Below are positions 20,080 through 28,992 of a DNA stretch of 59,732 nt, piece by piece (the first letter of the stretch is position 1; each line of letters begins with the position of its first letter). Location of the stretch: NCBI GenBank assembly GCA_964647565.1, contig CAZYIM010000013.1, forward strand, positions 1 to 59,732. Direction: 5' to 3'. Both the position numbers and the translations under genes were made by a program. The stretch is from an uncultured Methanosarcinales archaeon (GTDB lineage: Archaea > Nanobdellota > Nanobdellia > Woesearchaeales > CAZYIM01). Below the pieces are notes generated by a model that saw nothing but the letters and a program-made list of their open reading frames with translations, had not been told where the DNA came from and ran no database searches.

Positions 20080-21068
20080 CTTAAAACACCTTGCTCTTTA
20101 AAGTATTCAACCAGATATAATCCAACCAATCTATTACCCTCAACATTCCAGTGGTTCTCATCAGAAATCGTAACAACCTTACCGCTGTCTTTTGCTTCAT
20201 CAATGACCTTATAAATCTTCGCCATCAACTTAAACTTATTTTGATAAGCTAGATCCTTTGTGTTTTTATCCATATACTGCGGACTAAAAAAATAAACAGG
20301 CGTATCTTCTGCTCGTTTCTTAACCAGCCGCATAATCTTACTGGTAACATTATAGGCGTTTTGCTTATCCTGTTCAGCTACATCTAAACATAAGACACTA
20401 TTTTTTAAAATGCCATCCTTTTCAGACCAAGTGTTTAAACAATACCTATCATAAAGCTTGAATAATGAATTTATCACTCTCGATTGCTTTCTTAATCCCC
20501 AAAAAGGGAATCTCATCCGATATACTATCTTATTATTTTCAAGATATGGCCTAACACCGAACAAAGGATCGTATCTTATATCCCAATTATGATAATTATC
20601 TGAAAAGTCATTATCAGAAAATTGCCATATAATAATATCAGGATCTATGACATCTATAAAATCATCCAGGATCATATATTCCTGCAATGAGCTATATCCG
20701 CCTGCTCCATAAACGAACAATTCAATATCAAAAGCATCTTCCAGATATGAATACCACTCTTCTCCATTATTGACAAAATATGCATGGGTAAAAGAGTCTC
20801 CAATAATCAGCATCTTGATATGGTCTGTTTCAACATCACCCCATCGTTTGAAACCATGATTAAAATAAGTTACAGATACATTCCTTATGTTTCCAGGCGT
20901 ATCCTCTATGGAATTATTTTCAGTCCAGTTTGCCCATGTTTGCCAGCCATATTTAGAATCCTCAATTGACAGGGGCAAAAAAAGACGCAGCACAATCTCT
21001 GCTAAGAGTAAGGTAACCAGTAAAAATCCTGTTAAAAGAAAAATTTGCTTGTAGATAAGTTTCATCAT
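20076..21068 (-). CDS. Membrane-anchored SGNH/GDSL family protein
   Basis: TM ending LAEIVLR; GDSF, GGYS, ND, DENHWN. Confidence 0.85.
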   Translation of the reverse strand: MMKLIYKQIFLLTGFLLVTLLLAEIVLRLFLPLSIEDSKYGWQTWANWTENNSIEDTPGNIRNVSVTYFNHGFKRWGDVETDHIKMLIIGDSFTHAYFVNNGEEWYSYLEDAFDIELFVYGAGGYSSLQEYMILDDFIDVIDPDIIIWQFSDNDFSDNYHNWDIRYDPLFGVRPYLENNKIVYRMRFPFWGLRKQSRVINSLFKLYDRYCLNTWSEKDGILKNSVLCLDVAEQDKQNAYNVTSKIMRLVKKRAEDTPVYFFSPQYMDKNTKDLAYQNKFKLMAKIYKVIDEAKDSGKVVTISDENHWNVEGNRLVGLYLVEYFKEQGVLS

Positions 21069-21223
21069 AACCCCTTGTAAGTTATCTATCCGATATATTT
21101 TTAAAGATTCCTATAATCCTTAGCATTATGTTTTCAAATGCTATGTTTGACGCTGTAAGTTATTCAGGTAGATAGTTCTAAATAGTTAGTGCATTGTTAA
21201 TAAATATCTAAAGGTGATACTCT

Positions 21224-22165
21224 ATGGAGCATGTTAAGGATTTAAAATGGAAAAAAGGAATGAAGGTCGAGAACCTTGTTAATAGTTTCAGGAATGTTGG
21301 ATTTCAAAGTGTTGAACTTCACAATGCTGTCAGACTTATTGTGAAAATGAAAAAGGCTAGCGCTAAAATATTCTTCACATTCACATCCAACATGGTTACT
21401 TCAGGATTAAGAGGGTTTTTTGCCCAAGTAATTGATCTGGGCATCCCGGACATTATTGTGACCACTGTAGGCGGTATTGAAGAAGATATTATGAAGGCTA
21501 AAGGGGAAAAATTCGTTATTGGAGATTTCTATGCTAATGATGTGGCTCTTTATGAAAAAGGAGTAAATCGAGTTGGTAATTTATTTGTGACCAATGAAAG
21601 TTACTGCAAATTCGAGGATGTAATAGGGCCTATGCTTGACAAACTCTACAAAAAGAAAAAAAGGTGGCCTGTGTCTGAGATGCTTAGGGAAATAGGCCTG
21701 ATGCTTAATGATGAGGATTCAATCCTTTACCAGGCTGCAAAAAACAACGTACCAATCTTCTGTCCAGCCATAACAGATGGTTCCTTTGGTTTTCATCTAT
21801 TTATGTTCCAGCAAAAACACGATGATTTCATTGTTGACGTAGTCAAGGATTTCAAGAACATCCTCTTTTCTACCAGTCACGATGACATCAAAGGCTGTAT
21901 TTCTCTTGGAGGAAGCATCTCAAAGCATCATGCTCTATTAGCAGCTCTATTGAACGGCGGCCTTAACTATGTACTTTATATGACAACTGCGAGATACAGC
22001 TCAGGAAGCATGAGTGGAGCGACAACGCAGGAAGCCAAGAGTTGGGGTAAGGTCAAGGATGATTCAGATGCAGTTACCTTAATAGGCGATGTATCTATCA
22101 ACTTCCCTATCGCAATGATTGCAGCCCTTGAAGAACTTGACAAAGAGGGTCTATTAAGATGTTAA
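21224..22165 (+). CDS. dys: Deoxyhypusine synthase family protein
   Basis: FTSNMVTSGLR, NRVGN, FCPAITDGS, GGSISKHH, GSMSGA, EAKSWGK (catalytic Lys). Confidence 0.92.
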   Translation: MEHVKDLKWKKGMKVENLVNSFRNVGFQSVELHNAVRLIVKMKKASAKIFFTFTSNMVTSGLRGFFAQVIDLGIPDIIVTTVGGIEEDIMKAKGEKFVIGDFYANDVALYEKGVNRVGNLFVTNESYCKFEDVIGPMLDKLYKKKKRWPVSEMLREIGLMLNDEDSILYQAAKNNVPIFCPAITDGSFGFHLFMFQQKHDDFIVDVVKDFKNILFSTSHDDIKGCISLGGSISKHHALLAALLNGGLNYVLYMTTARYSSGSMSGATTQEAKSWGKVKDDSDAVTLIGDVSINFPIAMIAALEELDKEGLLRC

Positions 22166-23187
22166 ACAGGGCCAGATTCATCCTAAGCAAGAAAACAGTA
22201 TTGGACCAGTACAGAGTCATGCAGGATCTGGCTGATCAGGTATCCTACAGCCTAAAGACCAACTTTGAGGTTGGCAAGGTTCTAGAAGATGGCACTGGCT
22301 GTTTTTTTAGTGTCCATTCGATCCAGAGTATGGAAGAAATAAAAGACAAGAAACGGATCTGGTTCTTTGCACAGGCATGGAACAAGCAAGAGCTAAAATC
22401 CTTGCTCAAAGAAGGAGTTGAGTGTTTTGTGGTTGATAATGAGAACGATCTTAAGATATTAGTTGAGACAGCTGATAAAAAATTCAATCTGCTTTTGAGA
22501 ATGAGACTAAAAGAGCACACAATCCATACAGGCAAGCATTTTGTATTTGGCATGGGCACTGCCAAGATCAACCAGTTGATACCGGAACTTAGAAAAAACC
22601 CGAACATAAATCAGCTGGGTGTCCATTTTCATCGAAAGACTCAAAACATAAGTGAATGGTCCTTGAAATATGAACTGGAACAATCTCTAAAAAAAGAGAC
22701 CCTCAAATTTATCGACTTTCTCAACATGGGAGGCGGCATGCCTGCAGAATATAAGAACTTCAGGGCAGATGTCATGGAACATGTTTTCTCAGAGATTAAA
22801 AAGCTCAGAACCTGGCTGAAAAGTTTCAAGACACAGTTAATCATAGAACCAGGCAGATTCATTGCTGCTCCGGCCATTGTTCTTGAAGCAAGCATAGTTA
22901 ATATCTATGACCACAACATTGTTATTAACTGTTCGGTCTACAACTCAGCCATGGACACCTTTGTCTCACATATTAGGCTGAAGGTTGAAGAAGAGCTTCC
23001 AGAAGACAAAGGACAAGCTTACACCATAAAGGGCTGCACTCCAGATTCGATGGATATCTTCAGATATAGAATTTTTTTGAACAAACCTAAAATAGGAGAC
23101 AAAATAATCTTCCTTAATGCAGGCGCATATAATTTCTCGACTGAATTCTGCAAGTTAGAAAAGCTGGAGACAGAGAGCATATCTTAA
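22159..23187 (+). CDS. Group IV PLP-dependent (ornithine/DAP/arginine-type) decarboxylase
   Basis: YSLKTN (PLP Lys), FG, HFH, LNMGGG, IEPGRF, NAGAY; overlaps dys by 7 nt. Confidence 0.85.
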   Translation: MLNRARFILSKKTVLDQYRVMQDLADQVSYSLKTNFEVGKVLEDGTGCFFSVHSIQSMEEIKDKKRIWFFAQAWNKQELKSLLKEGVECFVVDNENDLKILVETADKKFNLLLRMRLKEHTIHTGKHFVFGMGTAKINQLIPELRKNPNINQLGVHFHRKTQNISEWSLKYELEQSLKKETLKFIDFLNMGGGMPAEYKNFRADVMEHVFSEIKKLRTWLKSFKTQLIIEPGRFIAAPAIVLEASIVNIYDHNIVINCSVYNSAMDTFVSHIRLKVEEELPEDKGQAYTIKGCTPDSMDIFRYRIFLNKPKIGDKIIFLNAGAYNFSTEFCKLEKLETESIS

Positions 23188-23780
23188 AAAATAATCATCC
23201 TGTGATCTCTTTTTTTCTTGGTTTCAAGGGTTGCAAAGGCTTCCTCTAGCATCTCAACCACAATATTCAACTTCCCAGTAACAGGATCGATCATAAAGAA
23301 CTTGTCAGCATCCTTGTAAAGAACTACATAGTTCGACATGCTTCCCTTGTCTCGAAAGACACCCACATTCAGCCTTAGTAAAAGAACATGTCCTTTAGAT
23401 AGAAGCTTTTTAACCTCATCAAGATCAAAGAACCTTTCCTCGATAGGGATGTTCAAATCCACAGCCTTCTTGTAGTAAATATCTGAAGTAAATTGTGCAT
23501 CCTCTACATCCACCTTTTTGTATCTTTTGAATCTGTAATCAGGAAAATCATATTCCTTGTTCTCAAGAACAATCTTAGGATCAAGGCCCTGTTCCTTAGC
23601 AAAGATCGCCAAACCATATATCGATGAAGCCCTGACAGGAAGATTAACTGTAGAAATCCAGATCTTATGCTCATTCTCCTTGGTCAACTCAAATTCCTTG
23701 TTGAAATGATGCAAAACCATCATCAAGGCTGACGGAGCAGAAGTATATTCAGTTGTACATATGTAAGGTTTCATAATCAT
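23184..23780 (-). CDS. Peptidase C39-like family protein, apparently lacking catalytic Cys/His
   Basis: TTEYTSAPSALMMVL resembles QTTxFTCGPAALMM; GLA; NYVVL; IDP. Confidence 0.65.
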   Translation of the reverse strand: MIMKPYICTTEYTSAPSALMMVLHHFNKEFELTKENEHKIWISTVNLPVRASSIYGLAIFAKEQGLDPKIVLENKEYDFPDYRFKRYKKVDVEDAQFTSDIYYKKAVDLNIPIEERFFDLDEVKKLLSKGHVLLLRLNVGVFRDKGSMSNYVVLYKDADKFFMIDPVTGKLNIVVEMLEEAFATLETKKKRDHRMIIF

Positions 23781-23806
23781 TAAAAAAAAAGACTTTTTTA
23801 TATATT

Positions 23807-25075
23807 TTATCGTTTCTTTGTTAGAAAACTCATCAACTCAGTTCTAGTTATATCTTTGGGAGGATCAAATGCATGCTGGACTGCAGTCTCCCAAATATGT
23901 TTTCGCATATCTTTATTAGGCATCTTTTTGGTTCTCATGCCTCCAAAAACATCTCTCCCAACAAATTCATCATAAGTGGTCTTCATCCAGTTTTTGCCCA
24001 CATCCAAAGAATATCCATTAATGATCATGAGAAAATTCCTGATCTTGGAATAATACCATAGCTCCTTTTCAACTCGACATCCAGTATTTAATTTGGATTT
24101 TTTTGATTCATCAAGCATAAAACTAAGATCCGGTCGCTTAAATCCATTCCAATATTTCCAATCAGGCCCAATAAGTTTTCGTATGTTACTATCACTACCA
24201 TATCTGTAATGGACTGCATGAAACCTCGGATCTGCTGAAAAAAATATCTTCTTTCCATTTTGCCACAGATTAAAAGCGAGTGCAGTTCCTCCACCATAGC
24301 TACGGGGAGGAAATGAAGCATAACCACCGTATTCTTTAAACGTATCCAGTTCAAATAGCGTGTTTCCTTCACATATATTTTTAACAGGAAGAGGATTTAA
24401 TAATGTTGATTCAGTGTCCATGAATATATCTTTATCTACTAAATACTCCTCAGGAAACGCATCAAAAGCAGAATGAATCTTGCCAGTGGCTTCATCAAAG
24501 GTTCCAATTTTTTCAAGGGTTTTGATAGATGTTGGGATAGTCGCCCTCTGATATACTGCAAGTAAAAGGACAGCCATCTCAGGATTATTCATCTTAAGAC
24601 GATCATATGTCCTTGTTGCACCTATCAGACTGAAAGGTGATAAAATACAATCATCATCAACAAAATAAACGAATCTGGTATCTGCAAGCTTTGAACCTAC
24701 GTTTCTCGACTCGTGTGCTTCCAAAAGTTCTTTATTTTTCATATATGCCAGATTTATTCCCTGTTCTGCAAATTTTATTGCGTATAGTTCCGAAACCTTT
24801 TCAGTATAATCAGTTGAGAAATCATTGACTATTACTACTTTTTTAACTGGAGAGTATTTTTGGTCAAGTATTGAATCCATACACCAACCCAATGGATTTT
24901 TATTACCTTGAGGCCCTTCTGGATCAAAAGGAGATCTGTTGTATGTTGCCAAAACAACAGTCATGTTCTTATCCACAGTATCTGGTTTAAGATTTAGGTG
25001 ATTACTAAGATATGTAGGATATGCATGATTTCCCTTTACTAAATCTTCAATTTTAAACTCATTAGATGTTGCCAT
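23807..25075 (-). CDS. Glycosyltransferase family 2 (GT-A fold)
   Basis: ATYNR, VNDFSTD, SRNVG, FVDDD. Confidence 0.85.
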   Translation of the reverse strand: MATSNEFKIEDLVKGNHAYPTYLSNHLNLKPDTVDKNMTVVLATYNRSPFDPEGPQGNKNPLGWCMDSILDQKYSPVKKVVIVNDFSTDYTEKVSELYAIKFAEQGINLAYMKNKELLEAHESRNVGSKLADTRFVYFVDDDCILSPFSLIGATRTYDRLKMNNPEMAVLLLAVYQRATIPTSIKTLEKIGTFDEATGKIHSAFDAFPEEYLVDKDIFMDTESTLLNPLPVKNICEGNTLFELDTFKEYGGYASFPPRSYGGGTALAFNLWQNGKKIFFSADPRFHAVHYRYGSDSNIRKLIGPDWKYWNGFKRPDLSFMLDESKKSKLNTGCRVEKELWYYSKIRNFLMIINGYSLDVGKNWMKTTYDEFVGRDVFGGMRTKKMPNKDMRKHIWETAVQHAFDPPKDITRTELMSFLTKKR

Positions 25076-25233
25076 ACCACATTATCCTCAAGCCAATTTA
25101 ATCATTTGTGCAACTATCAAACAAATTTAGAAAGATGATAAAAGTTAGAATAGCAAGCACCCATACTCATGTTTAGCTTATATTCCACTTATACCACCCA
25201 ACCAAACTGATTTGTATTATGTTATAAAACAAA

Positions 25234-25545
25234 TTAATGATAATGAGTTATAAACTGATGTTCAACCCTTATTACAGCTTTATCAATGGTCAAATTATCT
25301 TTTTGCATATAACCAAGGATATTATCAACAACTCCCCCTAAAAAACAATAGCCGTTTCTGTGAATTTGAAGCATTCTCTCGGCTAAATCATCCCGTTTTT
25401 GCATTTCAACGGTATTAATTGCCTGAACAAGTTGATCGTAATCTCGAGGAATACCCCTTAATGCAGTACACAAGGTATCATAAGGGTGAGTCTCCTGTTC
25501 AGCCTCAACTTCCTCTTTTTTTCGCTTCTGTGGTAACCAACGCAT
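25234..25545 (-). CDS. Hypothetical protein
   Basis: 103-aa ORF only. Confidence 0.5.
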   Translation of the reverse strand: MRWLPQKRKKEEVEAEQETHPYDTLCTALRGIPRDYDQLVQAINTVEMQKRDDLAERMLQIHRNGYCFLGGVVDNILGYMQKDNLTIDKAVIRVEHQFITHYH

Positions 25546-25853
25546 CTTATTAAATAATTATGAACAAATTATGCCTCTTTTTTGTTAACTATACGATATC
25601 TATATTAATTAAATGACATAATATATATTTAAATGTTTCTATTTTTTAAAAAAGGTATATAAATTGACCTTTAATTAAAAAAAGAAGAACACTTTACTTA
25701 ATGAAATATTTATTTAACAAATAATCATTAGTTAAAAAAGATAAAAGAAGTTAATTTAAGTCTATTTTAATGAAATAACTCTAAAAAAGGCTTATTTAAA
25801 ATAACTGTTTTTTCAGAAAAATATATTAATACCAACCCAAATCTCAAGCTACA

Positions 25854-26447
25854 ATGAAGCTATTAGTCTTCTCGGATTTACACGGAAACATATACGCCCT
25901 TGACAAACTAAAGAAGAAAGCAAAGAAGGCAGATATAATTATCTGCGCCGGCGACATATCTATATTTGAGAATGATATAAGACTCCTTCTAGAAGAACTG
26001 AACAATTTGGGGAAAACTGTACTCATTATCCACGGCAATCATGAAGATGAGGGCAGTCTTAAAAAGCTCTGTTCAAAATATAAATATATACAATTCATCC
26101 ATGAGAGATTCTTCAAGAGGAATAACATCCTGTTTATAGGTTATGGAGGCGGCGGCTTTCGGGCAATTGATGACCGGTTTGAGAAAGAAACTGCTAAGAA
26201 ATTCAAAGAGCTTATGTTAGATTCTGATAAGAGTGTCCTAGTTTTGCATGGACCACCATATAAAACCACTACAGATAAGCTTGGGAAAGAATATGTTGGA
26301 AATAAGAGCTACCGCCGTTTCATTGAGAAAAACCAACCGAATCTTGTGGTCTGCGGCCACATACATGAGAATTTTGGCAAGAAAGACAAAATAGGGAAGA
26401 GTTTCATAATAAATCCCGGCCCAGAAGGTAAGATAATAGATCTATAA
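25854..26447 (+). CDS. Calcineurin-like metallophosphoesterase
   Basis: SDLHGN, AGD, GNHE, HGPP, GHIHE, NPG. Confidence 0.92.
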   Translation: MKLLVFSDLHGNIYALDKLKKKAKKADIIICAGDISIFENDIRLLLEELNNLGKTVLIIHGNHEDEGSLKKLCSKYKYIQFIHERFFKRNNILFIGYGGGGFRAIDDRFEKETAKKFKELMLDSDKSVLVLHGPPYKTTTDKLGKEYVGNKSYRRFIEKNQPNLVVCGHIHENFGKKDKIGKSFIINPGPEGKIIDL

Positions 26448-26453
26448 TAAAGA

Positions 26454-27395
26454 TCAGAACTTCATTATTCTATCAGGTCTGTCTTCTTTCATCAATAATA
26501 CAACTCTGGAATTAGGCTTCTCATCAACGATTTTCCAATCTAAAAATTCAGCCAACTTTTTAGCAAACTCAAGTATCTCTTCATGCGTTGCCATATTTTC
26601 GATCTTGAGCCTTTTTTGGGAATAACCAACCCACATATAGGCTTTGACCTCAACAAAGTCAACAGAAGCATTCTGGATAATCTCAGCGTATTTCTCAGGT
26701 TTAATCATGTTAACATCTTTTGCCAGGGTAAGACGGATTACTTTCCTGCACTTGAAGTCCTTAAGCAAGGAAAGACTTTTTTGAATTCTTTGCCAAGCAT
26801 CCTTAATAAGAGGATTACAAACCTTGACAAAGGTATCTTCATCAGGTGCAGGAACAGTAACATATAACTGTGTGATTGGTGCTTCCTTCAACAGTTCTAG
26901 CTGTTCAGGCAAGGTTCCATTTGTAACAAGGAAAGATGTCAAATCCCTCTTGTCTAGCTCAATAATAAATTCCTTGATCTTAGGATAATATGTAGGTTCG
27001 CCAGCCAGAGATATTGCGAAGTGTTTTGGCTTAAGAGATTCTGCATACACATCCTTATCAGCCTTCTCATTGCCGCCAAAACCCTGTAAATATTCATTTT
27101 GAGCCGCCATACAACCATCTATGATGTCTATTGGTTCATCTACTGGCCCAATCCAATTGGCTTTTGTATGATCAATATCCCTCCAACACCACTGACATCT
27201 AAGAGAACAGTTTAAAAGAGCAGGAGTCATCTGCACACATCTATGTGTGTTGATCCCATAAAATGTCTTCTTGTAACATTCATCCTCTGCCCGAATAGCC
27301 CTCTTGGTCCAAAGACATACCTTAATTGCAGAGTGATTGCCTACTAAACGATAGCCTTGCTTTTCAAGGTCAATTTTTTTAGCTTCTGAAATCAT
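26454..27395 (-). CDS. taw1: 4-demethylwyosine synthase (radical SAM, TYW1/Taw1)
   Basis: GNHSAIKVCLWTK, CYKKTFYGINTHRCVQMTP, CSLRCQWCWR, AISLAGEPT, EVKAYMWVGYS; start at MISEAK (27395). Confidence 0.95.
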   Translation of the reverse strand: MISEAKKIDLEKQGYRLVGNHSAIKVCLWTKRAIRAEDECYKKTFYGINTHRCVQMTPALLNCSLRCQWCWRDIDHTKANWIGPVDEPIDIIDGCMAAQNEYLQGFGGNEKADKDVYAESLKPKHFAISLAGEPTYYPKIKEFIIELDKRDLTSFLVTNGTLPEQLELLKEAPITQLYVTVPAPDEDTFVKVCNPLIKDAWQRIQKSLSLLKDFKCRKVIRLTLAKDVNMIKPEKYAEIIQNASVDFVEVKAYMWVGYSQKRLKIENMATHEEILEFAKKLAEFLDWKIVDEKPNSRVVLLMKEDRPDRIMKF

Positions 27396-27474
27396 AAAAC
27401 GAGGAATACCGAAATACCTTTTAAATGTTATCCAAAAGCATAATTTTTTATAGTTCAAACTATGAGAAAATAAT

Positions 27475-27981
27475 ATGACCATAAAATCTGAAATCAAGAA
27501 GCTGGAAGCAACAGAACACTTCAAAGAATTCAAGAAGAAAAACCAAAATTATCATCTCGCCCACATCTTTATCCTGAAAGAAAAGGAGAAAGAAGAATGG
27601 CAGATTGGATACTATCTTAAAAAAGAGGATAAGGTGGCCGTATTTGAGCTAGGTGATGAAATCATTGCAAGACCTGCAGAAGAGGTGTTCAAGAAAAGCG
27701 GAACAATACATGAACTGGATATGAATAAGATCAAAGTCAGCTTGGAAAAAGCACTAAAAGCTACCGAAGATATTAAAAATGAAAAGTGTCCCGCAGAGAC
27801 TATAACCAAGAAAATAATCATTCTTCAAAAACTCAAGTTAGAAGAAGAATGGAAGAACGTATTCAATATAACATATGTAACTCAATGCTTCAATATACTG
27901 AATGTTAAGCTTGATGCTGAAACAGGCGATGTGAAGAGCGTTGATTTCAGCTCAATTCTAAATTTAGGAAAACCCGATTAA
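27475..27981 (+). CDS. Hypothetical protein (PepSY-like, WQIGYY…LDAETG)
   Basis: 168-aa ORF divergent from taw1. Confidence 0.65.
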   Translation: MTIKSEIKKLEATEHFKEFKKKNQNYHLAHIFILKEKEKEEWQIGYYLKKEDKVAVFELGDEIIARPAEEVFKKSGTIHELDMNKIKVSLEKALKATEDIKNEKCPAETITKKIIILQKLKLEEEWKNVFNITYVTQCFNILNVKLDAETGDVKSVDFSSILNLGKPD

Positions 27982-28128
27982 GCACAACATTTTCACTACC
28001 TCTAAATTAGTTCCTTTATATAAATGATTTTTCTAAAAGAGATAGTTTCTATTCCCTATTTTCAAATATGACACTTTAAAGTTTAACAGTCTTTATAAAT
28101 GAGACTGATTTTATTAAGATATAAGAAA

Positions 28129-28218
28129 ATGGCGCAGAGAATCAGTTACGAAGCAAAAATCAAGAGCAAGAGTCTGACATCGTTCTTTGAAGAAGAAGAG
28201 GAAGAAGCGACAGAATAA
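28129..28218 (+). CDS. Unannotated 29-aa microprotein MAQRISYEAKIKSKSLTSFFEEEEEEATE with PIP-box-like motif
   Basis: ATG 28129 to TAA 28218; TTTATAAA box at 28092-28099; purine-rich coding-like composition in otherwise AT-rich intergenic DNA. Confidence 0.6.
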   Translation: MAQRISYEAKIKSKSLTSFFEEEEEEATE

Positions 28219-28233
28219 AACCAATCACAACCG

Positions 28234-28992
28234 CTAGTTATTCTCCTTATGCGATTTAAGATATTTCTTTAGAATGTTGACTGCACTCTTGCGAGTATCA
28301 ACAGGTTTCAACGGAGGATTAGTGTTAACATAGTTTACCAGTGTTCCTCTCTCTTCAAACATCTGTTTTAGCCAGTCTGACGAATAGACCTCTACGACCT
28401 TTTTTTGAAATTCCAACTCTTCGTACAGGCAATTGTCTTGTTTTTTTCGCTCGCCAAGACGACTCATACAAACATCTGCTTCGCATTTGGTAATCAATAA
28501 AAGAGTTGGAGGATAGAGATTAAAGGCAAATTGATTGCCTGTCAGAGAAAGGATATAATCCATACTCACAGCTTCTTTTTGGAACTTGGCCTGAACGGGC
28601 TGATAGACAATGGATGTCACAACACCCCTTTGTTGGAAAATATATTTGCCAGCATTATAAGCAGGTATAAGTACACGCTTATACAACACCTCCCTGTCAG
28701 AACTGAATATATCAATTGTTGATCTTGTAGAGTAATCGTAGCCTTTATTTTTTCTTGTCACTTCATCACGGATGGCCTTACCAATCCAAGAAAAGGTTGG
28801 TTCAGCAGATAATATGACATCAAACTCTTTAATCTCATCATAAAGTGGAAGCTTATCCAACCTCTGTTGGTAGTCAACAAGGTCAAAGACTTTCAAACCT
28901 TCTTGATCAGCCCATTCTCGAAGACCTCTGACGATCTCACCATTGCCTGAGCCATCAGGTCCATCAGTCATTAGAAATACTCCTTTTTTCAT
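28234..28992 (-). CDS. tmk: Thymidylate kinase-like protein (P-loop Lys replaced by Asn)
   Basis: DGPDGSGNG, AEPT, FSSDR, QRGVVTSIVYQ, YEELEFQKKV; ATGA overlap with thyX. Confidence 0.8.
   Translation of the reverse strand: MKKGVFLMTDGPDGSGNGEIVRGLREWADQEGLKVFDLVDYQQRLDKLPLYDEIKEFDVILSAEPTFSWIGKAIRDEVTRKNKGYDYSTRSTIDIFSSDREVLYKRVLIPAYNAGKYIFQQRGVVTSIVYQPVQAKFQKEAVSMDYILSLTGNQFAFNLYPPTLLLITKCEADVCMSRLGERKKQDNCLYEELEFQKKVVEVYSSDWLKQMFEERGTLVNYVNTNPPLKPVDTRKSAVNILKKYLKSHKENN

Noticed and set aside
25546..25853. Very AT-rich 300-bp intergenic region as replication origin
   Set aside because: No ORB-like repeats and no cdc6/orc1 nearby; explained by divergent promoters.
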